Assembly (NCBI GenBank): GCA_001430755.1 | Contig: CP013062.1 | Coordinates: 1,110,001-1,142,000 of the forward strand | Reading direction: 5' to 3' | DNA length: 32,000 nt | Source of the DNA: Candidatus Peribacter riflensis | Lineage (GTDB): Bacteria; Patescibacteriota; Gracilibacteria; Peribacterales; Peribacteraceae | Shown here: piece by piece, positions 22,881-31,561 of the stretch | How positions within the stretch are numbered: position 1 is the first letter of the stretch | Layout of the letters: every line of letters starts with the position of its first letter | Notes under the pieces: generated by a model | The model's database searches: none | What the model saw: only the letters and a program-made list of their open reading frames with translations | What the model was told of the DNA's origin: nothing | Made by a program: the position numbers and the translations under genes

Positions 22881-22901
22881 CCCTCCCCCGTCTGGGGAGG
22901 G
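22881..22901. repeat. GC hairpin downstream of the DUF559 gene
   Basis: CCCTCCCC-cgtct-GGGGAGGG is a perfect 8-bp stem, preceded by tcccctctccctag. It has the same C-run/G-run vocabulary as the upstream hairpin. Confidence 0.5.
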
Positions 22902-22959
22902 GAGGCCTGCTGCCGAGAGTATGCCATTCCGCATATCACTTCATGCAGTTATTTCCGTG

Positions 22960-23277
22960 TCAGGCTTGTTCCTCCGGTGCGCAGTTGAGGAGCCGGTAGA
23001 GCCGCTGGCGCGTCTGCGGGTTCTGTTCCAACCCCCGCGCAGTGGCACGGAGGATGCGCTTGTAAGTTTCTGGGTACTGCCCGCGCCACTGTGCGATCTG
23101 TTCCGCAGGAATATCCGTCGTCACCACAGTTTCCTGTGGGCGCAGGGATTCCTGTGCCGGTCCGGCTGCCTGTGACTGTTCTTCCTTGAGCTGCCGCTGC
23201 GCCGCTTTCACCTGCCGGATGGCGGCGGACATCATCGCGCGGCGGTCACTATCCGATGGCGGCAGTGCTTCAGGCAT
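22960..23277 (-). CDS. Hypothetical protein (coiled-coil-like, Gln/Ala/Arg-rich)
   Basis: 105-aa ORF starting 15 nt downstream of the serS stop on the same strand. No recognisable family. ATG at 23277; the track uses a TTG at 23280. Confidence 0.5.
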   Translation of the reverse strand: MPEALPPSDSDRRAMMSAAIRQVKAAQRQLKEEQSQAAGPAQESLRPQETVVTTDIPAEQIAQWRGQYPETYKRILRATARGLEQNPQTRQRLYRLLNCAPEEQA

Positions 23278-23292
23278 CAAGGTGGGGGGCGT

Positions 23293-24618
23293 TCATCCAA
23301 TCTTCTCCTGCCCCCCCATGTACGGCCGCAGGGCTTCCGGAATCGTGATGCTCCCATCCTCATTCTGATTCATTTCCAGAAGCGGGATCAAAATACGCGG
23401 TGAAGCGATGCAAGTGTTATTGAGCGTGTGGACGAAGAGCTTTTTTCCTTCGCCCGTCTCGTACTTGATGTTGAGCCGCCGCGCCTGAAAGTCGCCAAGG
23501 TACGAGCAGGAATGCGTCTCGCCGTAGCCTTCTCTGCTTGGCATCCAGGTCTCGATGTCCTGCATGTACACCTTGCCCTTACCCATGTCGCCCGTGCAGA
23601 TATCGAGCACGCGGTAGGGCAGGTTCAGGAGTTGCAGCACTTCCTCCGCATTCGTGCGGATCTCTTCGAAGAGTGCGAGCGCTATGTCCACGTTCGCCGG
23701 GCACAGCACCACCTGCTCCACCTTGTCGAACTGGTGGATGCGGTACAGACCCTTCGTATCCTTGCCGTATGTTCCCGATTCCCGGCGGAAACAGGGTGAG
23801 AATCCCGCGTACCGCTTGGGCAGGTCATTCTCTTTCAGTACTTCATCCTTGTGATAACTGCACACCGAGACCTCGGACGTGCCGATCATGTAAAAGTCAT
23901 CCGGAGAGATCTTCTCGCCACGTTTCTCTTGTGCGCCCACGGCGTACGTCTGTTCCTCTGCCCCCGGAAAGAACCCCGTGCCCATGAGGCAATCCCAGTT
24001 GGCCATGTACGGTGGCGTGAAGTGGATCCAGCCCTTCTTGCCCAGGTGATCCAAGGCGAGCTGCAGGACCGCGCGGTGCAGCCGCGCCCCATCGCCTTTG
24101 AGAAAGTAGCTCCGCGCCCCGGCCAATTTGACGCCACGCGGGATATCGATGATATCCAGTGCTTCACCGAGCGCGACGTGATCCTTGGGCTCTTTCACTT
24201 TCAGAAGCTTCTTCGGGTCCGCCTGCCCTGAGCCTGTCGAAGGGCCCCACTTCTTCACTTCCACATTTCCTTGCTCATCTTTGCCCACCGGCACGCGCGG
24301 GTGCGGCAGAGACGGGAGCACGAGCTGGAGTTTCATCCATGTTTCCTCGGTCTGCTGCAGTTCGTTCAAACGGTGCTTCAGCTCCTCCGAGAGCTCTTTC
24401 ATTTCTTTGAGGGACGTTTCCTTCTCCTTTCCCTTCAGCCCCGGGATGCGTTTGCTCGCCGAATTCTGACGCGCGCGCATCTCGTCCGTCATCTTCTGCA
24501 GTGCCCTGCGGAGTTCATCGAGTTTCAAAAATTCCTTCACCGAAATCCTGATGCCCTTCTTATCGGCGGCATCCTGGTACACATCGGGGCGGGCGCGAAG
24601 GTCAACGAGATCGATCAT
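23293..24618 (-). CDS. serS: Seryl-tRNA synthetase
   Basis: 441 aa with an N-terminal coiled-coil arm and a class II core (FSPCFRRESGTYGKDTKGLYRIHQFDKVE...GETHSCS...NNTCIASPR). TACACT (rc of 24627-24632) lies 8 nt upstream of the ATG. Confidence 0.95.
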   Translation of the reverse strand: MIDLVDLRARPDVYQDAADKKGIRISVKEFLKLDELRRALQKMTDEMRARQNSASKRIPGLKGKEKETSLKEMKELSEELKHRLNELQQTEETWMKLQLVLPSLPHPRVPVGKDEQGNVEVKKWGPSTGSGQADPKKLLKVKEPKDHVALGEALDIIDIPRGVKLAGARSYFLKGDGARLHRAVLQLALDHLGKKGWIHFTPPYMANWDCLMGTGFFPGAEEQTYAVGAQEKRGEKISPDDFYMIGTSEVSVCSYHKDEVLKENDLPKRYAGFSPCFRRESGTYGKDTKGLYRIHQFDKVEQVVLCPANVDIALALFEEIRTNAEEVLQLLNLPYRVLDICTGDMGKGKVYMQDIETWMPSREGYGETHSCSYLGDFQARRLNIKYETGEGKKLFVHTLNNTCIASPRILIPLLEMNQNEDGSITIPEALRPYMGGQEKIG

Positions 24619-24662
24619 GAGCCATCAGTGTAGCAAATATCGGCTGAAAGAGGCGGCTATCA

Positions 24663-24944
24663 TCATACTTCGTTCTCGAAGTGTCGCTGCAAGCTCTCAA
24701 AGGCCTGCTGCACGATGGGGCTGGGGCCCTCCCCATTCTGGCCTGGGCTACTCAACTGTCTCAAGAGAAGCTGCATGGCGGAGTGCTTGAAATCGAACCG
24801 CGCACCTTCGATTGCGACGCCGATGTACTCGTGTTCCGGCCCACGCGTGACGGCGGTAACGATGTGCTGATCGCCGTGCAGCGCTTCCGGGAGCGGGAAT
24901 CGTTCGCCGTTGATGCGCAGGTAGTGATGTGCGGAATTTTCCAT
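24663..24944 (-). CDS. Hypothetical small protein
   Basis: The ORF 24663..24980 is divergent from uvrB. I prefer the internal ATG at 24944 (MENSAHHYLRINGERF...) because TAGATT (rc of 24953-24958) lies 8 nt upstream. That matches the window-wide -10-to-start spacing. Confidence 0.5.
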   Translation of the reverse strand: MENSAHHYLRINGERFPLPEALHGDQHIVTAVTRGPEHEYIGVAIEGARFDFKHSAMQLLLRQLSSPGQNGEGPSPIVQQAFESLQRHFENEV

Positions 24945-25084
24945 GGAAGGCGAATCTACCCTGCGGTAAGCGCCTGTCAAGGCATGGAAGGGGAGGCGGG
25001 CCAGAGAAAAACCATGCGGAAAAAGAGGGCCTTACAGGGGGGAGCCTCTGGAAAAGGATGGGTCATCGGGTACACTACCCTGAC

Positions 25085-27064
25085 ATGTCTGAGCATAAAC
25101 CCTTCCGTCTTGTGGCGCCCTTCAAGCCGACCGGTGACCAGCCGGGTGCCATCGCGAAGCTGACTGAGAACCTCAAGAAAGGCGAGCGGCACCAGACTCT
25201 GCTCGGTGCCACGGGTACCGGAAAGACCTTCACGATGGCGAATGTCATTACCGAGTTGCAGCGTCCCACCCTGGTGCTCGCGCACAACAAGACCCTGGCA
25301 GCGCAGCTCTGCAGCGAGTTCCGGGAGTTTTTCCCCGACAATGCCATCAGCTACTTCGTCTCGTACTACGACTACTACCAGCCGGAGGCGTACCTGCCCG
25401 CGACCGATACGTACATCGAGAAGGATGCCAGCATCAACGAAGAGATCGAGAAGTTCCGCCACGCGGCGACCATGAATCTGCTCACGCGCAAAGACGTGCT
25501 CATCGTCGCTTCGGTTTCGTGCATTTACGGTCTCGGTAATGTGAAGGATTACGAGGCTCTCGCCATTCATCTCGATAAGGGCCAGCCCATCCAGCGCGAC
25601 ACTCTCCTCCGCCGCCTCACCGACATTCAGTACCGCAGGAGCGGCATCGAGTTCAAGCAGGGCATGTTCCACGTGCTCGGCGATACGGTCGAGATCTTCC
25701 CCCCCGGCGGCGATACGGCGATCCGGCTCGAGCTCCCGTTCGACGAGATCGATTCCATCGAAGAGGTCGACAGCTTCACGGGGGAGCTCATTAAGAAGCT
25801 CGATGAGGTGACAGTCTTCCCTGCCGCGCACAACGTGACGACCAAAGAGAAGATCGACCGCGCCGCCGCGGCCATACTCGAAGACATGAAGATTCAGGAG
25901 AAGAAATTTCTTGAGGCAAAGGAGTTCGCCAAAGCCGAGCGCATCCGCACGCGCACCGAGTACGACGTGGAGATGCTCAAAGAGACGGGGTACTGCACCG
26001 GCATCGAGAACTACGTCCGTTATCTGGAGGAGAAGACCCCCGGCACGCCGCCCTCGACCCTGCTCGATTACTTTCCCAAGGATTTTCTGCTCATCGTGGA
26101 TGAATCGCACATCACGATTCCGCAGATCGGCGGAATGCACGAGGGCAATTTCAGCCGCAAGCAGACGCTGGTGGATTTTGGCTTCCGGCTCCCGAGTGCC
26201 CATGACAATCGTCCGCTGAAGTTCGATGAGTTTGAGGCGCACGTGGGACAGGCGCTCTACGTTTCGGCCACGCCCGGAAAATACGAGTTCAAAAATACGC
26301 CCAAGCAGGGTCTTGTTGAGCAGATCATCCGCCCGACGGGTCTCCTGGATCCCCCGGTGACCGTGAAACCCAGCAAGCACCAGATCGATGATGTGATGGC
26401 CGAGATCCAGCAAACTCTCAAGCGCAAAGAGCGGGTGCTCCTCACGACGCTCACCAAGAAGATGTCTGAGGATCTGACGCAGTTTTTGCAGGATGCCGAT
26501 CTCAAAGTGCGCTACCTCCACAGCGACATCGAAACTCTGGAGCGCATCGAGATTCTGCGGCAGCTGCGCACCGGCGAGATCGATGTGCTGGTGGGCATCA
26601 ACCTGCTCCGTGAGGGGCTGGATCTGCCCGAGGTGAGCTTCATCGGCATTCTCGACGCCGACAAGCAGGGGTTCCTGCGTTCGCGTGATGCATTGATCCA
26701 GACCATCGGCCGCTGCGCCCGAAACGTCCACGGTCATGTCACGCTCTATGCTGACAGGATGACGGATGCCATGAAGCAGGCCATCGACGAAACGAGCCGG
26801 CGTCGTGCGATTCAGGAGGCGTACAACGTGAAGCACGGCATCACTCCAAAGACGATCGAAAAGGCGGTGAAGGATATTGCCGAGGCTCATTCGAAAGCCG
26901 CTCTGAAGCATCCGCATCGCGATCATGCCAAGATTCCCAAAGATGAGAAGAAGCGTTTTCTCGAGGAGCTCGCAGCGCAGATGGAGATCGCTTCGGCGAA
27001 TTTGGAATTTGAAAAAGCTGCTGATTTAAGAGATGAGATCGATCTGCTCAAGAAAGAGCTATAA
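25085..27064 (+). CDS. uvrB: Excinuclease ABC subunit B
   Basis: MSEHKPFRLVAPFKPTGDQPGAIAKL...LLGATGTGKTFTMA...LIVDESHITIPQ...C-terminal UVR domain (LEFEKAADLRDEIDLLKKE). The track ORF starts at 24929, but the conserved N-terminus begins at ATG 25085. TACACT at 25071-25076 lies 8 nt upstream. Confidence 0.95.
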   Translation: MSEHKPFRLVAPFKPTGDQPGAIAKLTENLKKGERHQTLLGATGTGKTFTMANVITELQRPTLVLAHNKTLAAQLCSEFREFFPDNAISYFVSYYDYYQPEAYLPATDTYIEKDASINEEIEKFRHAATMNLLTRKDVLIVASVSCIYGLGNVKDYEALAIHLDKGQPIQRDTLLRRLTDIQYRRSGIEFKQGMFHVLGDTVEIFPPGGDTAIRLELPFDEIDSIEEVDSFTGELIKKLDEVTVFPAAHNVTTKEKIDRAAAAILEDMKIQEKKFLEAKEFAKAERIRTRTEYDVEMLKETGYCTGIENYVRYLEEKTPGTPPSTLLDYFPKDFLLIVDESHITIPQIGGMHEGNFSRKQTLVDFGFRLPSAHDNRPLKFDEFEAHVGQALYVSATPGKYEFKNTPKQGLVEQIIRPTGLLDPPVTVKPSKHQIDDVMAEIQQTLKRKERVLLTTLTKKMSEDLTQFLQDADLKVRYLHSDIETLERIEILRQLRTGEIDVLVGINLLREGLDLPEVSFIGILDADKQGFLRSRDALIQTIGRCARNVHGHVTLYADRMTDAMKQAIDETSRRRAIQEAYNVKHGITPKTIEKAVKDIAEAHSKAALKHPHRDHAKIPKDEKKRFLEELAAQMEIASANLEFEKAADLRDEIDLLKKEL

Positions 27065-27100
27065 ACAGACAACGGTCATTCCTCACATGCGCTATCTCAT

Positions 27101-27538
27101 TCAGGAAGCGTGCTTGCGTTCCAGAACACGGTGCCGTTCCGCACGCCGTCTATCTGCCCTGCGGAGAACTTTCTTGCATCGCTGAGCAACATCGCCCTGG
27201 ATCAGAGCGCAGTACGCGTTGATCACCAAGCCGCCCGCCGCGAGGGTCAGGAGTTTTCCGTTGCCGGTTTCAGCCGCACCCAGGGAGAATCCCAGGCACT
27301 GGGCACCGGCATAGAGGTGCAGTGTCCCCGTGAGGAGGGCTCCCTGCATTCTCTGGCGGCAGGCACTGACGATGCCCTTTCCCGCATCCAAGGTTGGTTG
27401 CACTGAGAACAAGGGAGATCTGCGCGCAAGGTACGGAATGCCGGTAATCTCCCAGAGAGGATTTTTGGTCTGTCCGTTGGTGGGCAGGAGGTAGTCCTCA
27501 AAAAAATCCGTGCCGCTCCATTGTTTCCATCCACTCAT
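27101..27538 (-). CDS. Hypothetical membrane protein with a basic C-terminal tail
   Basis: 145 aa with two or three hydrophobic segments (ALLTGTLHLYAGAQCLGFSLGAA, LLTLAAGGLVINAYCALI) followed by KKVLRRADRRRAERHR. No confident family assignment. Confidence 0.55.
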   Translation of the reverse strand: MSGWKQWSGTDFFEDYLLPTNGQTKNPLWEITGIPYLARRSPLFSVQPTLDAGKGIVSACRQRMQGALLTGTLHLYAGAQCLGFSLGAAETGNGKLLTLAAGGLVINAYCALIQGDVAQRCKKVLRRADRRRAERHRVLERKHAS

Positions 27539-27677
27539 AAGATGATAATAAACTCAAAATTATATATGTCAATTATGGTTCTGAACCTTCTATCCTGCCA
27601 ATTGGGGAAGTAGAGAGATGATTTCCAAAATACCGATACATAACACACAGGGCTTTTGGAAAAGATCGGTCGGTACA

Positions 27678-27705
27678 TTGACAAAATTATAATAGAACGT
27701 ACAAT
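27678..27705 (+). promoter_or_regulatory. Near-consensus sigma70-type promoter driving a leaderless transcript
   Basis: TTGACA (27678-27683), a 16-nt spacer, then TACAAT (27700-27705), in an AT-rich divergent intergenic region. The ATG at 27714 is only 8 nt past the -10 box. Confidence 0.55.
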
Positions 27706-27713
27706 CCATCTCT

Positions 27714-28100
27714 ATGGCTCACACCCCCACTCGTTTGCTCACCGGAACTCTCTCGGTCGTTACGCTCTTGTCTTCGTTGCTTCTTGCAATCCCGGCACAG
27801 GCTTCTTCTGCCAATTACCGCTACGACTGGGACATCGAATGGCTGCAGCAGACGAACGGCGGATTTGTGAGCGAGTACTTCTACGACCCCACCCTTTTCT
27901 ACTACACGCTCCCGTCGCGCGCGAAGAGCTTCGCGCTCCACTCCTTTCATCGTCAGAATTACTACAAGACCTACCACACATTCCCTCCCCCGGTTGATTA
28001 TCAGCGGGAACCCACGCCGCGGGAACTGACCGCATGCGGCAACTACACCTTCTCGCGCTACGATCGCGTGCCGCCGTTCGGGTACGAGTGTCAGCGCTGA
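27714..28100 (+). CDS. Secreted Tyr-rich hypothetical protein
   Basis: 128 aa with a signal peptide (LLTGTLSVVTLLSSLLLAIPAQA|SS). The mature part is rich in Tyr, Phe and Pro and has two Cys near the C-terminus. I prefer it over the overlapping ORF 27656..27997, which lacks these features. Confidence 0.6.
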   Translation: MAHTPTRLLTGTLSVVTLLSSLLLAIPAQASSANYRYDWDIEWLQQTNGGFVSEYFYDPTLFYYTLPSRAKSFALHSFHRQNYYKTYHTFPPPVDYQREPTPRELTACGNYTFSRYDRVPPFGYECQR

Positions 28101-28112
28101 GAGTCTTCGTTG

Positions 28113-28943
28113 TTAGGTGATCATCCCCAGTACCTTCACTGCCTGGGCGTACCCTTCAGGTGTTCCCGTATCGATGCGTGTTCCGGAGCACTCCAGGGCA
28201 TAGACGGGGAGCGTTTTCATCTGTGAGATCAGGGCATCGATCAGGCGGATCTCGCCGTCTTTTCCTGCGCGCACTTTGGGGAGCGTCGCCAGCACGGAGT
28301 GTGGAATCAGGTAGCGACCGACAATGCCCAGGGTCGAAGGCGCCCGCGCAGGATCCGGTTTTTCCACGAGCCCCTTCACTTTTCGCAAGCGCGGGTCGTC
28401 TGGCATCTCCTTTTCGATCTCAATCACACCGTAACGACCGGTCATCTCGCGGGGGATATTTTCCACGGCGAGCAGGGCAAACTGCTTTTCGGGGATCTTC
28501 GCTCCGGCCTTCATCAGTTGCGCGATGCCGGGCTTGGCTCCGACGAACAGATCATCACCAAAGAGTACGGCGATCATTTCGCTCTTCGCCCACCCGGCCG
28601 CCTGCAGAATGGCGTGGCCGTCGCCCAGCATCTCTTCCTGGTAGACCACGTGAAAATTCGCCGTGCTGTAGCGCTTGAGCGAATCGAGGAGCTGTTCCTT
28701 GCCGCGCTTCTTCAGTTCTTTGAGAAGAACGGGGTCATCGTAGAAGTACTGGGCGATGGCTTCTTTGCCGTGGCTGATCACGAAACAGATATCCGCAATA
28801 CCGGCCTCGAGGCACTCATCCACGATGTACGAGATGATCGGACGGTTGCCGAGGGGCAGCAATTCCTTCGGAACAGTCTTGGTCCACGGCAGAAAACGCG
28901 TGCCGAGTCCTGCGACGGGAAGGATGGCCTGGGTGACCTTCAT
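28113..28943 (-). CDS. galU: UTP--glucose-1-phosphate uridylyltransferase
   Basis: MKVTQAILPVAGLGTRFLPWTKTVPKELLPL...VEKPDPARAPSTLGIVGRYL...GEIRLIDAL. The track ORF extends to 29015, but the conserved N-terminus starts at ATG 28943. TACACT (rc of 28951-28956) lies 7 nt upstream. Confidence 0.9.
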   Translation of the reverse strand: MKVTQAILPVAGLGTRFLPWTKTVPKELLPLGNRPIISYIVDECLEAGIADICFVISHGKEAIAQYFYDDPVLLKELKKRGKEQLLDSLKRYSTANFHVVYQEEMLGDGHAILQAAGWAKSEMIAVLFGDDLFVGAKPGIAQLMKAGAKIPEKQFALLAVENIPREMTGRYGVIEIEKEMPDDPRLRKVKGLVEKPDPARAPSTLGIVGRYLIPHSVLATLPKVRAGKDGEIRLIDALISQMKTLPVYALECSGTRIDTGTPEGYAQAVKVLGMIT

Positions 28944-29060
28944 TGGGGGAAGTGTAGCGGAGGAAACCTGCGAAGCCGAAGCGGAACATGTCGAAGGGAC
29001 TTTTGCGCTTCCCATTGCGCCAGATCAGCACTTTCTTTGCCTTCTAATTTCGCCGCTCGT

Positions 29061-29089
29061 TTGACCCAATTCGCAAAAACCGCTACAAT
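29061..29089 (+). promoter_or_regulatory. Putative sigma70-type promoter
   Basis: TTGACC (29061-29066), a 17-nt spacer, then TACAAT (29084-29089), 28 nt upstream of the ATG at 29117. Confidence 0.5.
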
Positions 29090-29116
29090 GTCTCGATTTC
29101 TTCCACACAAACTCCC

Positions 29117-29389
29117 ATGACCGTCTCACAGTCCGCACTCTCGAAGGTCCACGACTTGTACGCCATGCAAATCGAACTCTGGAAACATCTCAGAGAGGGA
29201 AACTTTCAGAAGGCTGACCAGCGCAAGCAGACCCAGAAGTGCCTGAAACAATTCTCGCGCCTCTTGGATGAAGTCGACTGGCACTACATGGGCGGAGAAG
29301 ATGTTCTCGTAGAACTCCGCACCATGCGCGGTGAAATCTCGGCGCAGCTCAGAAACATCCGCCGCCGGAAGACCAGCAAGAGGAAGTAA
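29117..29389 (+). CDS. Hypothetical small basic protein
   Basis: 90-aa ORF, predicted helical, with a Lys/Arg-rich C-terminus (RNIRRRKTSKRK). It has its own promoter-like motif. No recognisable family. Confidence 0.5.
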   Translation: MTVSQSALSKVHDLYAMQIELWKHLREGNFQKADQRKQTQKCLKQFSRLLDEVDWHYMGGEDVLVELRTMRGEISAQLRNIRRRKTSKRK

Positions 29390-29390
29390 A

Positions 29391-29849
29391 TTATCCTCCC
29401 TCGCTGATCCGTACTACCTTCACCTTCTCCTCTTTCGGGACGAGGACTTTCAAGATGCAGTCGCGGTTGAAGGTCGCCTTCACCCGCTTGGGATCGATGG
29501 TGCAGGGCAGCGTCACACTGCGCGAAAACTCCCCCCAGAAACATTCCTGCAGGTAGTACTGATCGTGCGGGATGACATCGGGCACGGAGCGCTTGCCCCG
29601 GATCGTGAGCACCTTCTCATCCACCTCGATATCCAGATCAGACAGTTTCACGCCGGCGAGAGGGGCGCGGATGATGTAGTAACTGTCCTGCTCGTAGATA
29701 TCCACGGCGATCTGACCGATGCCGGTCGGGCGCGGTGAGGCGGGTTCTTCGGCAGTGAGTTTGACGGCGGTTCCCGTCGGCGCCGCCCTCTGATCCCACT
29801 CGGGCGACCCGAAGGAACTGAAGATGCCGTGGAAGGGGGAAGACGCCAT
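29391..29849 (-). CDS. Hsp20/alpha-crystallin family small heat-shock protein
   Basis: The alpha-crystallin domain reads AVDIYEQDSYYIIRAPLAGVKLSDLDIEVDEKVLTIRGKR...GEFSRSVTLP...VKATFNRDCILKVLVPK. I prefer the ATG at 29849 (MASSPFHGIF...). TACGAT (rc of 29858-29863) lies 8 nt upstream. Confidence 0.85.
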   Translation of the reverse strand: MASSPFHGIFSSFGSPEWDQRAAPTGTAVKLTAEEPASPRPTGIGQIAVDIYEQDSYYIIRAPLAGVKLSDLDIEVDEKVLTIRGKRSVPDVIPHDQYYLQECFWGEFSRSVTLPCTIDPKRVKATFNRDCILKVLVPKEEKVKVVRISEGG

Positions 29850-30052
29850 TTTCAGCAATCGTAGCGAATTCTTCGGTCTTTTCGCAAAAATGATCAGTGG
29901 CGCAGGGGGAAAGATGTGATGAATTGACAACGGACAACGATTGATGGATGGGCGTCGGGAGGACCAATGATGATCGGTTCCATCACTGCGCGCTCTCTCG
30001 ATCCCTCATTTTTCCATCGCCAATTCTCGCCGCCTTCTGTAGCCTGTGGCGC

Positions 30053-30676
30053 ATGTTCGAGGCATTCGCGCGCTGGCTTGTCGAGACAGTCGGTGCTCTG
30101 GGGTACCCCGGCATCTTCGTGCTGATGGCCGTCGAGAGCTCCTTCATTCCGTTTCCGAGCGAGGTCGTGATGATCCCGGCGGGATACCTGGCCAAACAGG
30201 GGCAAATGCACATCGGGCTTGCGATTGTGTCGGGAGTCGCCGGGTCCGTTGTGGGGGCGTGGGTGAATTATGCAATCGCGGCGACACTCGGCCGCAAGGC
30301 ATTCCTGAAGTACGGCCACTGGTTTCTGGTCTCGTCCGAAAAATTTGAGAAGGCGGAACGGTTCCTGCTCGCGCACGGAGAGATCAGCACATTTGTGGGA
30401 CGCCTCATCCCCGTGGTGCGGCAGTACATTTCTTTTCCTGCAGGTCTGGCCAGGATGCCCCTGTGGCGCTTTTCACTCTGGACAGGACTCGGGGCGGGAT
30501 TCTGGGTGACGGTACTCGCACTGATCGGCTACGCCGTTGGCGGTAACGAGGAACTGGTGAGGCAGTGGTCGCAGACGGCGACGCTGTGGGTGCTCGGTGG
30601 CTGTGCGGTGCTCATCTGGATCTACGTGAAGTGGAATCGCCGCAAGGCACGCCGTTCCGCATCTCCGTTGTCATGA
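30053..30676 (+). CDS. dedA: DedA-family membrane protein
   Basis: [46 protein letters not shown]...[16 protein letters not shown] is the DedA/SNARE-associated signature. I prefer the ATG at 30053 (TAGCCT lies 7 nt upstream) over the track start at 29948. Confidence 0.85.
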   Translation: MFEAFARWLVETVGALGYPGIFVLMAVESSFIPFPSEVVMIPAGYLAKQGQMHIGLAIVSGVAGSVVGAWVNYAIAATLGRKAFLKYGHWFLVSSEKFEKAERFLLAHGEISTFVGRLIPVVRQYISFPAGLARMPLWRFSLWTGLGAGFWVTVLALIGYAVGGNEELVRQWSQTATLWVLGGCAVLIWIYVKWNRRKARRSASPLS

Positions 30677-31452
30677 CCGCGCTCGAGGCACTCTTGCTCG
30701 GCCTGCTGCAGGGCATCACGGAGCTCCTGCCCATCTCGAGTTCGGGGCACCTCGCTCTGGCGGAGCTGTGGCTTGGAGTGCGCATTCCGCAGGGGCTCCT
30801 CGGTTTCGATGTGCTGCTCCACACAGGCTCGCTCCTGGCTCTGGTTCTCTGCTACAGCAAAACATGGCTGCGCGTTCTCCGGTCCCCCTTCATCGCGGAT
30901 CGCGCGGGAATGCGAACGCTGCTGTTGCTCATCATCGTCACCATTCCGGCCGGGATCGCAGGGGTCCTGTTCGGGGAAGCACTGGATGCCATGCGTTCTC
31001 TCACGGCACTGGGCGTGGGTTTTCTCGTTTCCGCTTTCGTGCTCCTCGTTGCGGAGCGCATGCCCGGCCAGCGGCCATTCACCTCTCTCACAGTCAGGGA
31101 GGTACTGCTGATCGGCATTGTCCAGGTCTGTGCGCTCCTGCCGAGCGTCTCGCGCTCAGGGGTCACCATTGCGGCTGGGCGCGCATTGAAATTGAAGCGC
31201 ACGGATGCCGTGGATTTCTCTTTTCTCATGGCCGTGCCCGCCATTGCCGGTGCCACACTCTTCGCGGCGGTGCAGCTCGCGAACGGATCCCTGTCGCTTC
31301 CTTCACCCGCGGTGAGCAGTGTCGGATTCCTCGCATCGTTCGGCGCAAGTATTTTTGCAATTCTTGCGCTCAGAGTGTTCGTCCAGCGATTCAGCACCGC
31401 ATGGTTCGCGCTCTATCTGATTCCGCTCGCCGTTCTTCTGCTTGCGCGTTGA
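30673..31452 (+). CDS. uppP: Undecaprenyl-diphosphate phosphatase (BacA/UppP)
   Basis: [29 protein letters not shown]...[12 protein letters not shown]...[13 protein letters not shown]. The ATG at 30673 overlaps the dedA stop (ATGA, 30673-30676). The track start at 30565 lies inside dedA. Confidence 0.9.
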   Translation: MTALEALLLGLLQGITELLPISSSGHLALAELWLGVRIPQGLLGFDVLLHTGSLLALVLCYSKTWLRVLRSPFIADRAGMRTLLLLIIVTIPAGIAGVLFGEALDAMRSLTALGVGFLVSAFVLLVAERMPGQRPFTSLTVREVLLIGIVQVCALLPSVSRSGVTIAAGRALKLKRTDAVDFSFLMAVPAIAGATLFAAVQLANGSLSLPSPAVSSVGFLASFGASIFAILALRVFVQRFSTAWFALYLIPLAVLLLAR

Positions 31453-31503
31453 GCCGGACGTCACTATGTTTTTCTGCGCAAGCGTAAGTGCACACAGTGA
31501 GCC

Positions 31504-31531
31504 TTGATCTTGTGCACGTCATCAGTACAAT
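31504..31531 (+). promoter_or_regulatory. Putative sigma70-type promoter of the XRE regulator gene
   Basis: TTGATC (31504-31509), a 16-nt spacer, then TACAAT (31526-31531), 31 nt upstream of the ATG at 31562. Confidence 0.45.
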
Positions 31532-31561
31532 GCGCCCCTACCAACCTTCCTCCTCTCACTC

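Noticed and set aside
24977-26926. 649-aa - strand ORF
   Set aside because: It is antisense to uvrB, which is unambiguous.
27656-27997. 113-aa + ORF (TTG start) overlapping the 27714..28100 ORF in another frame
   Set aside because: It lacks a signal peptide or any motif, and its start lies upstream of the promoter -35 box. The 27714 frame has a clear signal peptide and the canonical -10-to-ATG spacing.
28299-29120. 273-aa + strand ORF
   Set aside because: It is antisense to galU and continues across the galU promoter region. Its composition is typical of a shadow ORF.
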